Source: Octopus bimaculoides (taxonomy: Eukaryota). From it: 64,000 nucleotides of DNA. Each line of letters opens with the position of its first letter. The first letter of the stretch is position 1. Both the position numbers and the translations under genes were made by a program. The notes below the pieces were generated by a model. It was not told the origin of the DNA and ran no database searches. It saw only the letters and a list, made by a program, of their open reading frames with translations. This document shows positions 61,556 to 64,000 of the stretch, piece by piece. The stretch spans positions 58,823,923 to 58,887,922 of the forward strand of contig NC_068981.1 in the NCBI RefSeq assembly GCF_001194135.2. The letters are read 5' to 3'.

Positions 61556-61619
61556 GCTTTATAAATAACGTGTATTTTTTTGTTGTTAAAAGTGCAGAGA
61601 TCCCTACTTATATTCATAT

Positions 61620-62580
61620 GGACCTTGTGTAGGCTTGTAAGATATATTGAAATCATGTACCGAGAACAACTATTTCATCACTCGCTTTCTGAACTTATTA
61701 CCTTCGGTGACTTCAAAGAACATAACTTGTTCTACGCAAACAGTACTGGTGCAGAAGTCGAGTCAGTTGTCATTCAATACTCTTTGGAAACTTTAGTGAA
61801 GTCACTCGTATCTTTGACACTTCAGACATTTGATATATTTTCTTTTCCAAACATAACCTTCATCAAACTATCATTGTCTCTACACTTAGAGGAACGACGG
61901 GTCACTCCATTATCAAGGGTACCCCACCACACATTCATATACCATACAAGACACCCACTCGCCTTGCTTTATGGCACTTCCAGTCAGTTACTAATTGAGG
62001 CGCACTCCCACGTTTTACACTATGTTTGACAGAAAATGTTTTCCACTACCGAAATATGTGAGACAACTGTGCAAGTGAGCAAAACTACCCTCTTAGGTAA
62101 TTCCTTACGCAAACACAACCCGCAATACCTTGAACTTATAACTTCAAGTCCTCTAAATCCTAAAATGGTTCTCATGTTGTTGCGTTGTTTAATGAAGGTA
62201 AAAACACATCTTGCAATGGTTGAAAAGCTCATCTACCTCCATGAACTCGGTGGCATTGAGAAAACAAACGATGTCTTCGTGCATTGCAATACTGAAAGCT
62301 CTGTTGCCCCCTAATTGCCACTGGTCTCTTCAATTATCCTAAAACAGTGTGCTTCAGACTTTATTATCGCAAAAATCTTCAACATTTCTCTTTCTAGTGA
62401 TATTACAAGTTTGAACTTAATCAAGTAGATCTATGTTCTGGAGCATTCTAACACTTACCTGAATGGCAATGTCAACCTCAGTGTTTGAATGATGCCTCAT
62501 AAACGCACCTCGATATATGAAGTTTACTTAAGTACTTCGAAACAGTGGTTTGTAAGAAATAACTCCATGGACAGTTAAAA
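61620..62580 (+). mobile_element. Decayed CR1/Jockey-group LINE (endonuclease to start of RT)
   Basis: LITFGDFKEHN, EKTNDVF...NTES, QCASDFIIAKIFNISLSS, SLLKYFE. Confidence 0.55.
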
Positions 62581-62689
62581 AGGCTGCTCGATCGCTGATG
62601 ACATCCTAACACAGTAGATGCAATTAAACGCTCTTAGACCTTTTGTCCAACGCTCTGCCGTTTCTAAAATCGAAATGGAAACAAAGGCA

Positions 62690-63280
62690 CGCAGTGGTAC
62701 ACAAGAGAACTGTGGAGACCATTTGCAGGACACACATGACAAAGCTTAAATCTGGAGGAGCAGTAATACTGTTGTCGGGTGACTTCCGTCAGACCTAGCC
62801 TGTGACCTCAAATGAAATCCGTGCTTATCTTAAATCGTTATCACTGTAGATCAACGTTAAAATCTTTGAACTATCTACAACACAAGGGTGCAACTTTTTT
62901 GGAGTTTAACTTTTTGGTTAGTTTGCGGAAAAATTAGTAACAAATTGAAAGATATTTCTTCCTACCGTAACGACACCATGGATTTAGCTCCGATAAGCAC
63001 AATGATTAAGACAGTAGACGAATTAATATTGAATGTGTTCACAACCGGTAACATCTCTATCCAACACACAAATGCGCGTGCGGAGGACAATACGTGCAAT
63101 TAAAAGTATTACGATCAACTACAACTGAGGCATTCATTTGTAGGAATTAGACATTACTCCACTGCGACCATCTTTAAAGATATTAAAAGATTTAAACAGA
63201 GGAGATGCAGTTGCGCTCATGAGCTTTTCAGACATGGGTGAGGGAAAGAGATGTGCCTAAGATCTAGGTGAAGCTGTAAA
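62690..63280 (+). mobile_element. Helitron PIF1-like helicase remnant
   Basis: HKRTVETI...GGAVILLSGDFRQT*PV...NEIRAYLKS...FAEKL...VDELILNVF. Confidence 0.75.
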
Positions 63281-63319
63281 ACAGGGCAACATATTAAGTC
63301 TGCCACCAAAAATAGAAAA

Positions 63320-63475
63320 GTTCTCTCTGACAGGCTTTCACAGTTTCCATTTACCAAATTTTACGCATAAGGTTTGATACTATGGTAAAATGCATTTGCA
63401 ACGGTGCTGTGCTATGGGATTGAATCTAAAATCACGAAGTTGCAAAGTGAAAGTCCTAATTCCTCGTCCATACCG
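63320..63475 (-). mobile_element. Old CORE-type SINE head
   Basis: caggctttcacagtttccatttaccaaatt...gggattgaatctaaaatcacgaagttgcaaag. Confidence 0.5.
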
Positions 63476-64000
63476 TCGGTACCACACATGAGTATTTTGA
63501 CTGCTCGAAGCGCTAGATTGACGTCGTCTACGTACTTGTTCTATTTCCGATGGGGCAGTAGTGTATCAATGCAATAAAACAAAACAAAAGCAAAATAGTA
63601 ATCCGATTGAAAGAGAGATAAATTTGATGACTACAAAAGTATGTCAGAACCCAAGAGTTAGCAGTCTAATGCCATATCTAATAGAGCCTTTTCGTCTCTT
63701 GACAATATCAGAGTGAATACAAAACCTTTCATTGGGGTGTTTGCCATAATGGACTGATAGAATCTTTCGATGTTTCGTGTGTCAGTTGTAGATGATATTT
63801 CACAGATGTATTTATATACTTTTTCATAAAATTTGAATTTGTTCGGTGTAAATTGTTCTCAAGAAGGAGCCGATTACCGCGTCACACACATTCAAACAAT
63901 ATTTTTCAGTTGTAGTGACTTTTCAAGCACGATTACACATGAGTAACTGCATTGTGCATGAGTCTGCTACAACGTAAAAAACAACAACAACGACAAAAAT

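Noticed and set aside
62595-62630. CTGATGA-CATC...GATG stem
   Set aside because: The GAAA half of the core is missing.

Overview
Eukaryotic, AT-rich, repeat-dense scaffold with 9 N-gaps. The SINE families and microsatellite load look like octopus or another coleoid cephalopod (inference from recognised repeats). The only host-gene signal I can support is three phase-compatible plus-strand coding exons at the left end (1971-2049, 2533-2582, 3572-3688), the 3' end of an unidentified protein. The other ~60 kb is mostly decayed mobile DNA: four SINE families, Tx1/L1, R4/Dong, RTE, CR1-like and Penelope-like retroelements, five mariner remnants, one maT/rosa-like element, a Merlin derivative with 8-bp TSD, MITE/foldback palindromes and a Helitron helicase remnant. 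The best finding is a minimal type I hammerhead ribozyme on the minus strand at 56592-56650, with an intact catalytic core and a 6-bp stem I; four more degenerate hammerhead-like motifs occur elsewhere. Other points of interest are a nested 858-bp palindrome, repeated loss of catalytic residues in unrelated elements, a SINE array with apparent self-insertion and a TE-poor GA/CCAAT island. Most long ORFs in the supplied track are microsatellite or N-gap artefacts. Family assignments come from remembered motifs, not database searches, and the boundaries of decayed elements are approximate.
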